Position numbers and translations under genes: made by a program. DNA of 64,000 nucleotides from Mobula hypostoma (Eukaryota), in the NCBI RefSeq assembly GCF_963921235.1, contig NC_086105.1:102734001-102798000 (forward strand), given 5' to 3'. Positions 50,660 to 63,548 of this stretch are shown in pieces (position 1 is the first letter of the stretch; each line of letters begins with the position of its first letter). The notes beneath the pieces are model-generated. The model did no database searches. It was not told the origin of the DNA and was given only the letters and a program-made list of their open reading frames with translations.

Positions 50660-52150
50660 ACAGTAGAGTAAAGGGAATTACAGAGACATGAGAGAGGAGC
50701 TGGCCAAAGTAGGACACTAGCAGGAATGATCGCAGAACAGCAATGGCTAGAGATTGGTGGTGGCAACTCAAAAGGTACAGGATAGATACATCCCAAAGAC
50801 GAAGAGTATTCTAAAGGGAGGATGATGCCGTCGTGACTGACAACAGGAGTCAAACTCATCTTAAGAGGAATAGAGAGGACAAATAATATTTCAAAAATTA
50901 ATGGGAAGTTAGAGAATTGGGAAGCTTTTTAAAACCAATGGAAGGCAGCTAAAAAAGCCATCAGTAGAGAAAAGATGAAATATGAAGGTAAGCTAGCCAA
51001 TAATACAAAAGGGGTTACCAAAAGTTTTTTTCAGATATGTGAAGAGTAAAAGAAAGGTGAAAGCAGATATCAGATTGCTGGAAAATGATGCTGAAGAGGT
51101 AGTAATAGGGGCAGAAGAACTGAGTAAGAATTTAGCACCATTCTTAACTGTGGAAGACATTATTAGTATGTCAGAAATGTGTGGGTCAGAGGGAGAGTGA
51201 GTGTAGTTGCTATTACTCAGGAGAAGGTGCTTGGGAATCTGAAACTCCTGAAGGTAAGTAAGTCACCCAGGCCAGATGGACTCTCCTCAGGTTCTCAGTG
51301 AGGTAGCTGAATAGATTGTGGAGTCATTAGTAATGATCTTTCATGAATCAATAGATTCTGGAATGGTTCTGGAGGACAGGAATATTGTCAGTGATACTCC
51401 ACTCTTTTAAAGGGAGGGGGCAGAAGAAAGCAAATTATAAGCCAATTAGCCTGACCTCAGTGGTTGGGAAGATGTAGGAGTCCATAATTAAGACTGAGGT
51501 TTCGTGGTACTTGGAGGTACATCGTAAAATAAGCCAAAGTCAGTATAGTTTCCTTCAAGGGAAATCTTTCCTGGTAAATTTGTTGGAATTCTTTGAGGGC
51601 AAGATGGATAAAGATGAGTCGGTTGATGTTGTTTATTTGGATTTTCGGAAGGCTTTTGATAAGGTGCCACACATGAGGCTGATTTAGAGCATAAGAGCCC
51701 ATGGTATTACAGATAAAAATACTAGCATTGATGGAAGATTGACTGACTAGCAGGAGGCAAAGAGTGGGAATAAAGAGGGCCTTTTTTGGGTTGGCTGCCT
51801 GTGACTACAGGAAAGATATTAGTATCAATAGAAGATTGATTGACAAGCAGGAGAAAAAGAGTAGGAATAAAGAGGACCTGTTTTGGTTGGCAGCTAGTTT
51901 CTAGTGATGTTCTGCAGGGGTCGCGGTGGGGAAGGCTTCTTTTCATGTTGCAGATGATATAAAGATAGGTGAAGAGGCAGGTGGCATGACAACTTATATA
52001 TATTGGGAAAATGGATAAAGAAGTGGCAGATGGAATATAGTGTCGGGAGGTGATTGGCCATGCACCTTGGTAGAAAGAATAAAAGTGTAGACTATTTTCC
52101 ATACAGGGCAATAATTCAGAGTTGTAGAACGTGCAGAGGGACATGCTAGT
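50660..52150 (+). mobile_element. Degenerate CR1 ORF2 with an internal ~97-bp tandem duplication (~51705-51900)
   Basis: tatttggattttcggaaggcttttgataaggtgccacac ([13 protein letters not shown]) and a repeated gaagattga...gaataaagagg segment. Confidence 0.75.
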
Positions 52151-52274
52151 GCAAGGGACAACAATGTCAGAATTACAAAGGAAGTGCTCTGCAGATGGAC
52201 AATAAGCTGCAAGTCTATAATGAGGTAGTTTGTGAGGTTGACCATTAACTGCATGATACAAGTGGACTATTTCA

Positions 52275-52805
52275 TAGTTCAAAGGTTCAAAGTAAATTTA
52301 TTGTGAAAGTACAAATATGTCACCAGAAATAATCCTGAGATTCATTTTCTTGCAGGCACACTCAACAAATCCAAGAATCATAATAGAATCAGTGAATCAC
52401 CACACTCAACAGGGAGGACAAACAACACATGAGTAAAAGACAATGAACTGTGCCAATACAAAGGAGAAAAAAACAATAAGTACTGAGTACAGGAGATGAA
52501 GATTCCTTGAAAGTGAGTCCAAAGCTTGTGGAAAAAGTTTAGTGATGGGGCAAGGCAAGTTGGATGAAATTATTTCCATTAGTTCAAGAGACTGATGGTT
52601 GAAATAATAACTGTTCCTGAACCTGGAGGAGTGAGTCCTGAGACTCTGTACCTTCTTCCTGAAAGCAGCAGTGAGAAGAGAGCATGATTTGGGTGGGGTG
52701 GAGTCTCTGATGATGGATGTGACTTTCCTGCAACAGTGTTCCATGTAGATGTGTTGAATGGAAGGGAGGACTTTCCCCATGATGGACTGGGCCGCATTCA
52801 TCATT
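52275..52805 (-). mobile_element. Rex1/L2-like LINE 3' fragment
   Basis: AQSIMGKVLPSIQHIY...HPNHALFSLLLSGRRYR. Confidence 0.75.
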
Positions 52806-53643
52806 GTTCTTATAGTCTTTTATATTCTCATAACAAATGGAATAGTAACTATCCTTGATCCTAATGGTACCTGCTTTCAGGCTTTTGATTCTCCTGTTTG
52901 ACAGGAGAGGAGATAAGAGAGCACGTTAAGGCAAAAGCAGTTGAAGATTTTTTTTTAAATCACATTTAGTGTAAACCCAGACTTTTCATTCAATGTTGAA
53001 ACACTTAATTCTATCAATTCCTCGCTATGGCTGGAACATTTATTTACAAAGTGCAAATGTTCATCGCCAGCTCCCACAAAACACATCACATCCATCCTTC
53101 ACATTCAACTCTAAGTTCTGGGAATAGAGAGGTTGTAATTGTGGTTCTTTCTCCATGGGTCATCCTTTCCTGATTTACTCACAATTCTGAGGCAGTGCAG
53201 GGTCTTTTGCTGGCTACTGTCTGATTTACATCATGCTCACAGGCAGTATGTCCAGATGACCCACTATCAGTACTTGCCCTCTGTTCCCACACCAGCAGTC
53301 ATTTCTGGCACCAGAGAACAAGCAAGTGCATCCTTTCCTGGCTCTGAAATCAATTTTAAAAAGCTTAGCTTTATTTGTCACATACACATTGAAACATTCA
53401 GTGAAATGCCTCATTCACGTCAAGTCAAGTCAAATCAGCAAGGATTATGCTGGGCAGCCCACAAGGATCACCAAGGTTCTGGTACCAACATCGCATGCCC
53501 ACAATTGACTAGCCCTAATGCATAGGTTTGGAATGAGGGAGGAAGTTAGAACCCCAGGAGGAAATGCACGCAGACTCGAGGAGAATGCACGAGCATCTTG
53601 CAGACAGCGAGGGGGAATCAAATCCAAATCTTACAGCTGGGCA

Positions 53644-54579
53644 TGTAAAGTGATGGGATTTGTGAGGGGATCGTGCAGTGCCCCTATTAACTGTTTGAAG
53701 AGAGACAGAGAGAGACATTCATCACTGATGGTTTGTTTGGAAAGGAGAGAGAGATGAAGATTAACAGTGGACTGTCACTTTAAGGCATTGGAAGTAAGTT
53801 TGGATTTCTACTGAATTTAGAGATGGAGACAGCACCAAGCAGCTCGAAGGTTGCTATGGTGACTAAAGGCAGATTGTTGATGTTACTTTCAAGGACTTGG
53901 TGCCTGCTTGCACTCCTTTACAGACAAAGGAGGGAGGGACTCTTTGAATGACAGGTGATGCTCAGCCTGGTGAAATAAATGAGAGGTCAGATAATACAGA
54001 CCTCAGACACATGATCTGGACACTGAATGAGCATTGTTGTGCCCGCAGGAAAAATTTGTTTTGGAGGATCGATCAGGCGGATCGATCCAAATTGCTATTC
54101 CATTGGTGCAGAAGGGGTTGACTGGTGGGGAGTTGTCTATGTGTCCACCCTCGCCTGGTTGATAGCTCCACCACAGAAGACCGGTCCCCCTGGTTAATGT
54201 CACAGTTGGTGACTTGTAAAGGATTTCGGAGGATTGACGGCATCAGCTCACCTGAAGACTCAACTCACTTTCTCTCTCTCTCCATCACTACTCAACTAAA
54301 TACCACAAACTGAACTGAACTGAACTTTACTCAACATCATAAGACTGTATCTTTTTACCCCTAGACATAAAGTAGCTTGGTTTTTTCATACATATGTATA
54401 TTCCACACTTACTGATTTACTTACTTATATATAATCATTGCTAACCTGTTTGATTTATTTACATTTATATTACTGTATTGTGTAGTCACTAATAAATATT
54501 ATTAGTTTATAGCAATACGAGACTCCAAAGTGTTTTCCATCTCTGCTGGTTCTTTATCCCCGTCACGGGGTACGTGACA
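53644..54579 (+). mobile_element. Probable solo LTR (~936 bp)
   Basis: TGTAA...GTGACA ends, AATAAA at 54491, and a terminal hairpin ccccgtcacgggg. The TSD is not clean. Confidence 0.6.
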
Positions 54580-55876
54580 CATTAAATGCTAAGCCTCTGT
54601 GCCATTACATTTTTATAGTATATTAAAAATGGTCTTAAAACCAAAGCGCATCTTTGAGCATATGAACCACTGGCTTAATCACATGGAACTCTGAAATCAG
54701 GAGCTTGTGAGCTGTGACAATGTGCAGTGATATCCATTAATGTAGATGTTGGTGGTTTCTGTGACAGAGTGCATCTTTACTTTGCTACAGCTGGTGATCT
54801 AGAAATAAACACTTAATTTGTTTTCACTTCATTCCGATGGGGCCACAGTGAATGGCGGTGTTCATAAGATAGGGTTCATCTCTCTGTAGATTAGAATATC
54901 AGATTGTGAAGGGTGACCAGTGGAGGAAAGAACCACAAATGCATCTCCTCCATTCCTAGAACTTAGAGCTGAATATAATGGATGGATGTGTTAAATGGAA
55001 GCTAGAGCTGAACTCCCACATTTTGAACATAAGTGTACCAGCTTTGCTCCACCTCCACATCACACCCTGTTGCAGCAACAGATGAGCATTTCTAATTTTT
55101 GATGAAATATTTTTGATAATTCAGATAGGCCTCTGTTTACTTTCAACATAAGTGACGTTTCCAGCAATGAAACTTGACAGTGTTTTACAATGATCTGCAC
55201 ATATCTGGTCTGAGTGTGAAAGACCACAACCAAAGCTATTGTGGACACTTTCCTTATTTTAAAGTAGACAGTTGTTGGATTTTCATTCTCTGCACCTGTT
55301 GTTTTAAACTAAAAATTGTATTAATTTATTCTATTCTGTATGCTATAATACATTTTCTAAACAAAAGTGTGGGTATTATCCCGGTCATCAAATCTCTCTT
55401 AAAAATGGCCCACTGATGAATAATTAAATCATTGCTCTGTATAGAGAATCTTTTTATAATTCATCCCAACTATGTGGTACTTTGGTACAAAAATGGTCTA
55501 AGATGTGATGGTGATGGGAGAATGGGGAGGTGTTAATGGATTGTGTGGGAGGATGACTACAGAAAATCTAAGATCTTTGGAAATACTCTGAGGACTGACA
55601 GTGTGTCATTGGGCTGATAACTTGTTATGAAACGTGAGATAAAAGTGAGAATTTGGCTGTTACTTTTCCCCAAAGTACATCAGTTAGTTTACTTCTAAAT
55701 TAGTTCAGCAGATGAGAAATGCTTTGACCTGTCCTGGGACAGTGAAAGGTCGAACAGCACAATGTCTGCTTTTTAACAAAAAACCATTGTTCATCTCAAC
55801 ATTGACCAAGTCAAAGATCTTTTAATTTTATTCTCTAGAGATGAAGAATTTACTTCTGTGAGAGAAATGTTGTTTC

Positions 55877-55882
55877 TTTATT
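55877..55882 (-). terminator. Polyadenylation signal of beta-2
   Basis: AATAAA ~205 nt after the stop, homologous to 17550-17555. Confidence 0.8.
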
Positions 55883-56087
55883 GTAGCAAAGAGAATGCTT
55901 ACAGATATTTTTCAACTTTTGAAGAAAATGACCATACAAAGAGGAGTATTGTGCCACCTTTACATTAGCATGACTTGAACCTGATGTTACACAATTTCTT
56001 TAAGCAAACAATGCATTGTAGATGCTGATAATACAGGTTTTCATTGCATTTCTGAAGGTGGTTAAAACCCTAATGCAGGTTATAGAT

Positions 56088-57348
56088 TTAATGGTAGTTG
56101 CTGGAGAGAGCTTCTGTCACCAGTTTAAAAAACTTGTAGACAGCTTCATGTTCCTCTGGTCTGAATGCCTTTTTATCATGAAGGGCGAGTTCAACAATGA
56201 AGGCCTGGCTGAGAAGCTGTGAAGAAAAACAATAATCATACAACATTGAAACAAACCTGGAAAGCAAAACTCAAACCTCCAAAGACTTGATACAGAATTG
56301 CCCAGAAGGAGTCCATTTTGAACTCTGGGTCGATGTCAGTTCCCAGTCTTGCAAATACGTTGGGCCCCACCTTTTTCCTTGTACCCCGACATCATATCCC
56401 TATTTCATGTGCCCATCAAAGCCTTTTTGACTCTTTTTGACAAACAGTAGCTAATTAACTAGAAGCACAGCAAACTGGAGCAAACTCTCTACAGACAACA
56501 CCCAATGTCAGGATAATTTCAAAGTCCCTGGAGCAGTGAAGTCAAAAACAATCCTTCATCTGTTAGATGTTGAATAAAGGGAAATTGAAATCAACTTCTC
56601 AGGAAAATTTCAAAAGGACTGCCTCTTGCACAGTGAGCAGATGTGCTCTTTTTGCCTGCAGTTTAGTCCATGATGCTTGGTTGTCATGTTTGTTACGACT
56701 CTGTAATTGAGAAAAATCTATAGCACCCCATTTATGAAAATTTGCACATCCTAGAAAGATTGGTGTTTACCTTGAAATTTTGAGTGTCTACTCCGATTGT
56801 TTGATGTTTACTGCTGAGATCATGGAAATTGGTTTCAATACTCTTCAAATCCTCAATTGCAGTGTTCAGAGCCTTTAGCACTTTGTCTGCATGAGCCTGA
56901 ACACCAGGGTCACCGACTGCAAAACGGCCATTGAAATTCTTAAACAGTCTGGTCGTCCAGGGATAAACCGCGAATACCCTAGAAAGAGAAAAACAAATTG
57001 CCTAGTTTCTGTTGTGATAACTTGGAATTAATTAATTGCTCAAAGTTCATGATTTAGGACCTTTTTATCAAATAAAGAGTTGATTTTCTTGTGGGTTTAA
57101 CTAGAACCTCAGTGCAGTGTTGAATACTAATTCCCTCACCCAATGACAACATCTAGGCAAGCATAGAAAATTAAAGAGCCTTCACCAGAACCATAGTTGA
57201 AAATACAGTGCATGATTTAAACATAAAACAGAAAATACATTTTCAACATACAGTACCTTGCCAAGGCTTGGGCAGTTATTGTTTTCTTATCCAAATGGTC
57301 CCATTTGTTCGTGATGTATTGTTCCTGAGCCTTAGTTAATTTCACCAT
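56088..57348 (-). CDS. hbb: Haemoglobin beta chain, copy 2; complement(join(56088..56216,56771..56978,57257..57348)); 142 aa
   Basis: Spliced protein: [146 protein letters not shown] introns are 278 and 554 nt. It is 132/142 identical to beta-1. Confidence 0.97.
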
Positions 57349-57418
57349 TTTGGCTGTTAAGCTCTCACTGTCACTGCTCACGCAAGAAAGCTGTGTTGAT
57401 CTGGAGTTTTGACTTCAC

Positions 57419-57425
57419 TTTTATA
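57419..57425 (-). promoter_or_regulatory. Beta-2 TATA box (TATAAAA)
   Basis: 71-77 nt upstream of the ATG and homologous to 19178-19184. Confidence 0.8.
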
Positions 57426-60400
57426 GGCTCCGAAATGGCTCATCTCAGGCTAAAACATTTCTGTAATAGGCTGATTACATGATGGGTTGGGCACACTTTC
57501 CAAATGTGGGCTGCAACCCTTCTGTGTTTGTGTGTTAACACTTGCTGAACAATTGCTTGTCTGAGCCTCACTTCTGCCCATCCAACACGAAGAATAATTC
57601 TCCAATTTTGTCGAATATTAATTCAATACATTCATTTTCAAACTGTAGAACTCTCTCCTTGTTAGTTGAAATTCAGCTTTTACACTTTTTCATTAAATAA
57701 TACTATTTTTCAAAAATTAATACATTTCTGATGTTGAAATTAAATCCATGACTATTATAATATAGCTTCATTAATGTTCTCATCTGTAAAGATATGGGAT
57801 TATAGCAATGGAAAACTTATGACAAACTTACATCAGTAAATTGAGACAAGATTATTTTGAAATACTGAGCTACAGCAATAATGAGCACTTCATGGTCCCT
57901 GGGGTCTTTCTGACTGATGACTCTGCTATCAACGTTCACTGGGTAACTAATAGCAATTTGCATCGTCTGTGGGTAGTATTATGCATTTGGTAAATGGACA
58001 CATATGGACAAAGCTCTATTTCTGTTTTGTGTGTCCATTGAATAGAGAACCAGCCATGAGCATTCACGAGTTACTGTAGGTGAAGTGTAAACATGAAAAG
58101 ACCAATGAGGGAAAATGTGGGTTCACTACGAACAAAGATCGGAGACTTTATAATAGGAAATAATAAAATGACAGAGGAACTAAACCAATGTCTCCTGTCT
58201 GCTTAAGTATTGGATTTTCAATAGGCTTTCAATAAGGTTGTGTTCAGAAGATAAACAGGGACAGCTCACATAGAATTTGGGGGTCACTGTGTCCATTGAG
58301 AGTTGTTTAACAAATGGAAAACAGAGTAGAGAAACAGACCCCTCATGGATAGTCATGCTGCAGCTAATGGGGTCCATCAGGGATCAGTGCTTGGACCCCA
58401 AACATTTACAATGTCTGTTAACAGTTTATCTGAGAAGACCTACTGTAACATTTCCAGATTTGCTGATGATAGAGAACTAATTGGGAATTTTCTGTTTAGA
58501 CAGAACTAGAGTATGATATTCAATTCTGGTCACTCATCATTGGAAGGATGTGGAGGCCATGGGGAGGGTTCAGAAGATGTTTATCAGTGTGCTGGCTGGA
58601 TTGGAGGGAATGTGGTATAAGGACAGTGGACAGATGAGAGTTGTTTTCACTGGAGTGGAAGAGGGGTAACCTGACAGAACTTTATAAAGTTATGAGAGGT
58701 TTCGATAGACTAGACAGCCAGTGTTTTATTGCCCAGGGTTCAAATGTCTACTACTGGAAGGCTGCATTTATCGTAAGACGGGGAAGTTCAATAGGTTTTT
58801 TTTAACGGAGTGGTGAGTGTTGTTGCTGTGTTACCATCAGTGGTAGAAGAGGTAGATATGATAGAAGTGTTGAAGAGGCTCCCTGAAAGACACATAAAGT
58901 GTACAGGGAACGAGGGATATGGATCACATGCAGGCAGAATGGATTAGATGTTGCTAGCTTAATTAGTTTGATTGAAGGGCCTTTTCCTGTCCTGTATTGT
59001 TCTAGGTTCCAAAACCTTGGTGAAATATCAGAAATGTTATTGTACAAAATTTTGGTCTTTGCTTTCTGAAAAAGACATACTAGATCTTAAGGTGAGTGCA
59101 AAGTTTCAAAGGACGGGTCAGAATATCAGATGTGGATGAAAAGCGCAGGTATTGATATAGCCACAAGTACAGCCTGAGCTGTTGAGTAATTCCAGCATTC
59201 TGTTTATGAGGTTTCCAGCATTTGCAAGTGGTTTTGATTGTCAGATGTGAGGGTGCTTACCAGTGATAGCACAATGTTCAAATACATTTTCTACTCAGTA
59301 AATGAAGTAGCCCATGCCTTGATACAACAATCCTCATAAAACATTATACTGTAAGTAGCCGGTATTATTCACATCAGGAAAGTACCAGGTAACAACAATC
59401 TCCAACAAGATGTCATGCAGACATTGGTCCTTGTGTTCAAGAGCATTCTTATCATTGAGTCCCACCATCAACATCCTGGGCATCTCCACTGACCAGGTTC
59501 CAAATTTGATCAGATACAGAACTACTCTGGATGCGTGAACGGGGCAGACACTGGCTATGCAATAGCAAGAGACTCACTAATACCATGGTAAAAAACTTTC
59601 CGACTTTCACCAAAGGTACAATTCTGCGTATGATAGAATACACCCCACTTGTCTGAATGAGGATGGCCCCATCAGCACAGAAGAAGCTGCTCACCACCAT
59701 CCACACTTACACACCAGCTTGCCTGAATGTTCCTCCATCAGCCATCCATGCACCCTGTCCTCTCCAGCCACTGCAGCAGTCGTTGCACAAAGCTGCCCAC
59801 AACTCCAGCTTCAGCTGCTCTGCTTCTGTATTGTCCCTTTAAGAGACAAAACACAATGGATCTATTGCTAAATTGATAAATCAGTTTGCTATTGTCACAT
59901 GTACTAAGATAGTCTGAAGCAATAACAGAATGCAGAATAAAGTGTTACTTTTACCAAGAAGGTGCAGCGCAAGTCGACAATAAGTTTCAAGGCCACAATG
60001 AGGTAGATTGTGTGGTCGAGAGATCATCCTACTACAGTAATATTCAATACCCTTAGAACTGTGGGGTAGAAGCTGTCCTTGAGCCTACTTGTATGTGCTT
60101 ACAAGCATTTGTATTGTCTACTCTATGGGAGGGTGGAGAAGAGAGCATGTCTGGGGTGAGTGGGGTGCTTAATTATGTTGGTTTCTTTAGCAAGGTGGTA
60201 AAAAATGTTGGTAGACTCCATGGAGAGGATGCTGGTTTTTGTTCTGTGCTAAATTCTGGTCACAACTCTGTATTTTCTGCTGATTATTGGGAGAACAGTT
60301 GCCACACCAACCTGTGATGCATCTGGATAGGATGCATTCTATGTTCTATCAATAAAAACTAGTGACGGTCGGATGGGACATGCCCGATTTCTGTAGCCTC

Positions 60401-61170
60401 CAGAAGAAACTGAGATTTCTTGGCCATGATGGAACTAGGAAACTGTGGGTGATATTCACTCCTGGGAACTTGAAGCTCTCAACCTACTTGATCTCAACAC
60501 CGTTGATGTAATCAGGTGTGTGTGCACCACTCACCCTCGTGAAGTCAATCACCAGCTCTTTTGTTTCACTGACATTGAGGGAAAGATTGTTGTCATGACA
60601 GAATGTTATTAGTCTCGTACTTTACTCAGCTTATTGTTACTTGAGATTCGGCTCACTGTGGTGGTATCATTTGTAATGATGGATTTCGAGCAGAACCTGG
60701 CTACGCAATTGTGAGCGTACAGAGAGTACAGTGGGGTATCGCTGATGAAGCCTTGTGGGCCGCCAGTGTTGACAATAATGAAGATGGAGGTAATGCTACC
60801 TACCCTTACTGAGTGTGCTCTGTTGGTTAGGAAGTCAGGTTGTGTGCTGAAGACAGAGTAGTACTGTGAGATTGATGAACCTCTGTTCATGTGCTCATTC
60901 TGAAGCTGAAACAGCATGCTACAACTCTAGAGAGTCACCAGCACGATTTACAGTGGGACACATTACATACTGAGTCTATGTCTACTTGATTTAAATAACA
61001 CTAGAGAGACATAGATTACTAGTATTGCACATGAAAATGCAGGAAAGAAATTTCTCAGAGTTGTTTCATTGTAAGTCAGAGGCTTTGCTTGGAGACACTT
61101 CAGTGAGGAAGTTGAACAAGGGTCAGGTAAGATGGAAGTGAGATCTTTTCCATCCGTCCATAGTCTTAGT

Positions 61171-61346
61171 AGCCGGCTGGTGGCATAGTGGCATCAGCAT
61201 TGGACTTCGGAGCGATTCCATCCGTGCTGAGTTGAGCGTCGTTAGCAACTCATAAAAAGGAAATTGCCTGCTACAGAAACATCAACAACAAAAAGTTGCT
61301 GGCCTATGCTCTCTCTTGAGTTTAGAAGGCAATTTCCTTTTCCTTC
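61171..61346 (+). mobile_element. 176-bp SINE-like insertion with 10-bp TSD
   Basis: TSD tagtcttagt at 61161-61170 and 61347-61356. The head has a tRNA box A-like TGGCATAGTGG. Confidence 0.8.
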
Positions 61347-62724
61347 TAGTCTTAGTGATTCAGGGATGGCTGTCAGGACAGTTGTGCGTACATCCTGCAG
61401 AACATGGGAAGGTCAGGGAAGCTTCCATGGTTCCTGGTGATTATACCTGTGGGAGGTGTGTTCAGTTGCAGTTCCTGACTGACTGTATAGAGTGACTGGG
61501 GCTGTAGATGAAACAAAAGGATGAGATACTGTAGAGGGAATTGAGAGAGATGGGTAGAAGGTTAAAAAGTAGGAGCAGTAGGGTTATAATCCCTGGGTAA
61601 CTCCATGTGCTATGTTGTAATGAAATAGCAGGATAGGGCTGACGAATGTGTAGCTGATGAACTGGTGCAGGGAGACACACACCTCGAAATGGTGGGATAT
61701 CTTCCAGGACCGAGATCACTTATACAAGAGGGACACATTGCAATAGGCTTCCTGATTGAGACAATTGCTAGAATTACTTGAATGGGTTTGAACAAGTTGA
61801 GCAGGATATGGATCCCAAAGTAGTTACGCAATCAATGAAAAAGCTGGAGTAAATATAGAGGTTAAAGTGAAAAACTCCAGCCGGCAGGAGCAGGACAAGG
61901 AGCGAGGAAGGTCCAACCACCTAAACTGCAAGCAGCCTGATAGGCTGATGATTTCGGAGCACCTTTGGCATGTGGGATTGTGATATTATATCTCTTACAG
62001 AAACATGATACATTGAGTGGATATCATTTGTTTGGATTTTCAAAAAGTCTTTAACAAGGTCTGACACACAATGCTGCTACTCTGGATAAGAGATAAAGTA
62101 CAAGTATAGATAGAAATGTGGTTGATTACCTTAGAAGTCAAAGATTGGGGATAAGATGGTGCTTTTCACAATGGCTGCTCGTAACTTTTGGAATTCCACA
62201 AGGGTCAGTGTTAGATTTCCAGCATTTCATCTTATACAATAATGATCTGGATGAAGAAAATTATGATGTTATGGCTACATTTGATAAGTAGAAGAACAGG
62301 CAATATCCCAGAGGCAGGAAGCCTGCAAAATGACCTGGAGAGGTTGGGAGGTTGGGCAAAGAATAAGCAGATGGAATGTAGAATAGGAAGTGTGGGGTTA
62401 TACACATTGGTAGGAAGAACAAAAGACTATTTTGTAAATGAGGAGAAAATTCAGAAAGCAGAGGTGTAAAGTTACTTGCGATTCCGAATCCTGAATTCCC
62501 TCAAGGTTAATTTACAGGTTGAGTCAATAGAAAACAAGACAAGTGCAATATTAACATTCATTTTGGGAGGATTAGTATATAAAAACAGATACGTAATGCT
62601 GAGGCTTTATAGTCATGCAGAATGATGCAAGAACATCAGGCACATATATGTATATAGCTAGGGTGTCAAAGGACTGTATTTCTCAATAAGGAGCAGAGAG
62701 CAAGTTTGTGGATCTCGAGGGACT

Positions 62725-63548
62725 AATATCAGAATTAGAATCAGGTTTATTATCACCGGCATGGGAAGTGAAATTTGTTAACTCGGCAGCAGCAGTTCAA
62801 TGCAATACATAATCTAGCGGGGGAAAAAAGAATAATAATAAATAAAATTTTAAAAAATAAACAAGTAAACAATTACGTATATTAAATTCATTTTTAAAAA
62901 ACATGCAAGAACAGAAATACTGTGTATTTTTTTAAAAAGTGAGGTAGTGTCCAAAGATTCAATGTCCATTTAGGAATCGGATGGCAGAGGGGAAAAAGCT
63001 GTTCCTGAATTGCTGAGTGTGTGCCTTCAGGCTTCTGTACCTCCTACCTGATGGTTACAGTGAGAAAAGGGCATGCCCTGGGTACTGGAGGTCCTTAATA
63101 ATGGACACTACCTTTCTGAGACACCGCTCCCTCAAGATGTCCTGGGTACTTTGTAGGCTAGTACCCAAGATGGAGCTGACTAGATTTACAACCATCTGCA
63201 GCTTCTTTTGGTCCTGTACAGTAGCCCCTCCATACCAGACAATGATGTAGCCAGTCAGAATGCTCTCCACGGTACAACTGTAGAAGCTTTTGAGTGTATT
63301 TGTTGACATGCCAAATCTCTTCAAACTCCTAATAAAGTATAGCCACTGTCTTGCCTTCTTCATAACTACATCAATATGTTGGGACCAGGTTAGATCCTTA
63401 GAGATCTTGACACCCAGGAACTAGAAACAGCTCACTCTCTCCACTTCTGATCCCTCTATGAGGATTGGTATGTGTTCCTTTGTCTTACCCTTCCTGAAGT
63501 TCACAATCAAGTCTTTCATCTTACTGACGTTGAATGACTGGTTGTTGC
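62725..63548 (-). mobile_element. Rex1/Babar-like LINE 3' part, absent from block 1
   Basis: KKARQWLYFIRSLKRFGM...ESILTGYIIVWYG with an agaatc-type tail. It interrupts the old CR1 shared with 25340-25560. Confidence 0.85.

Noticed and set aside
56022-56222. Plus-strand 66-aa ORF
   Set aside because: It is the antisense shadow of beta-2 exon 3. The same applies to ORFs opposite the alpha exons.
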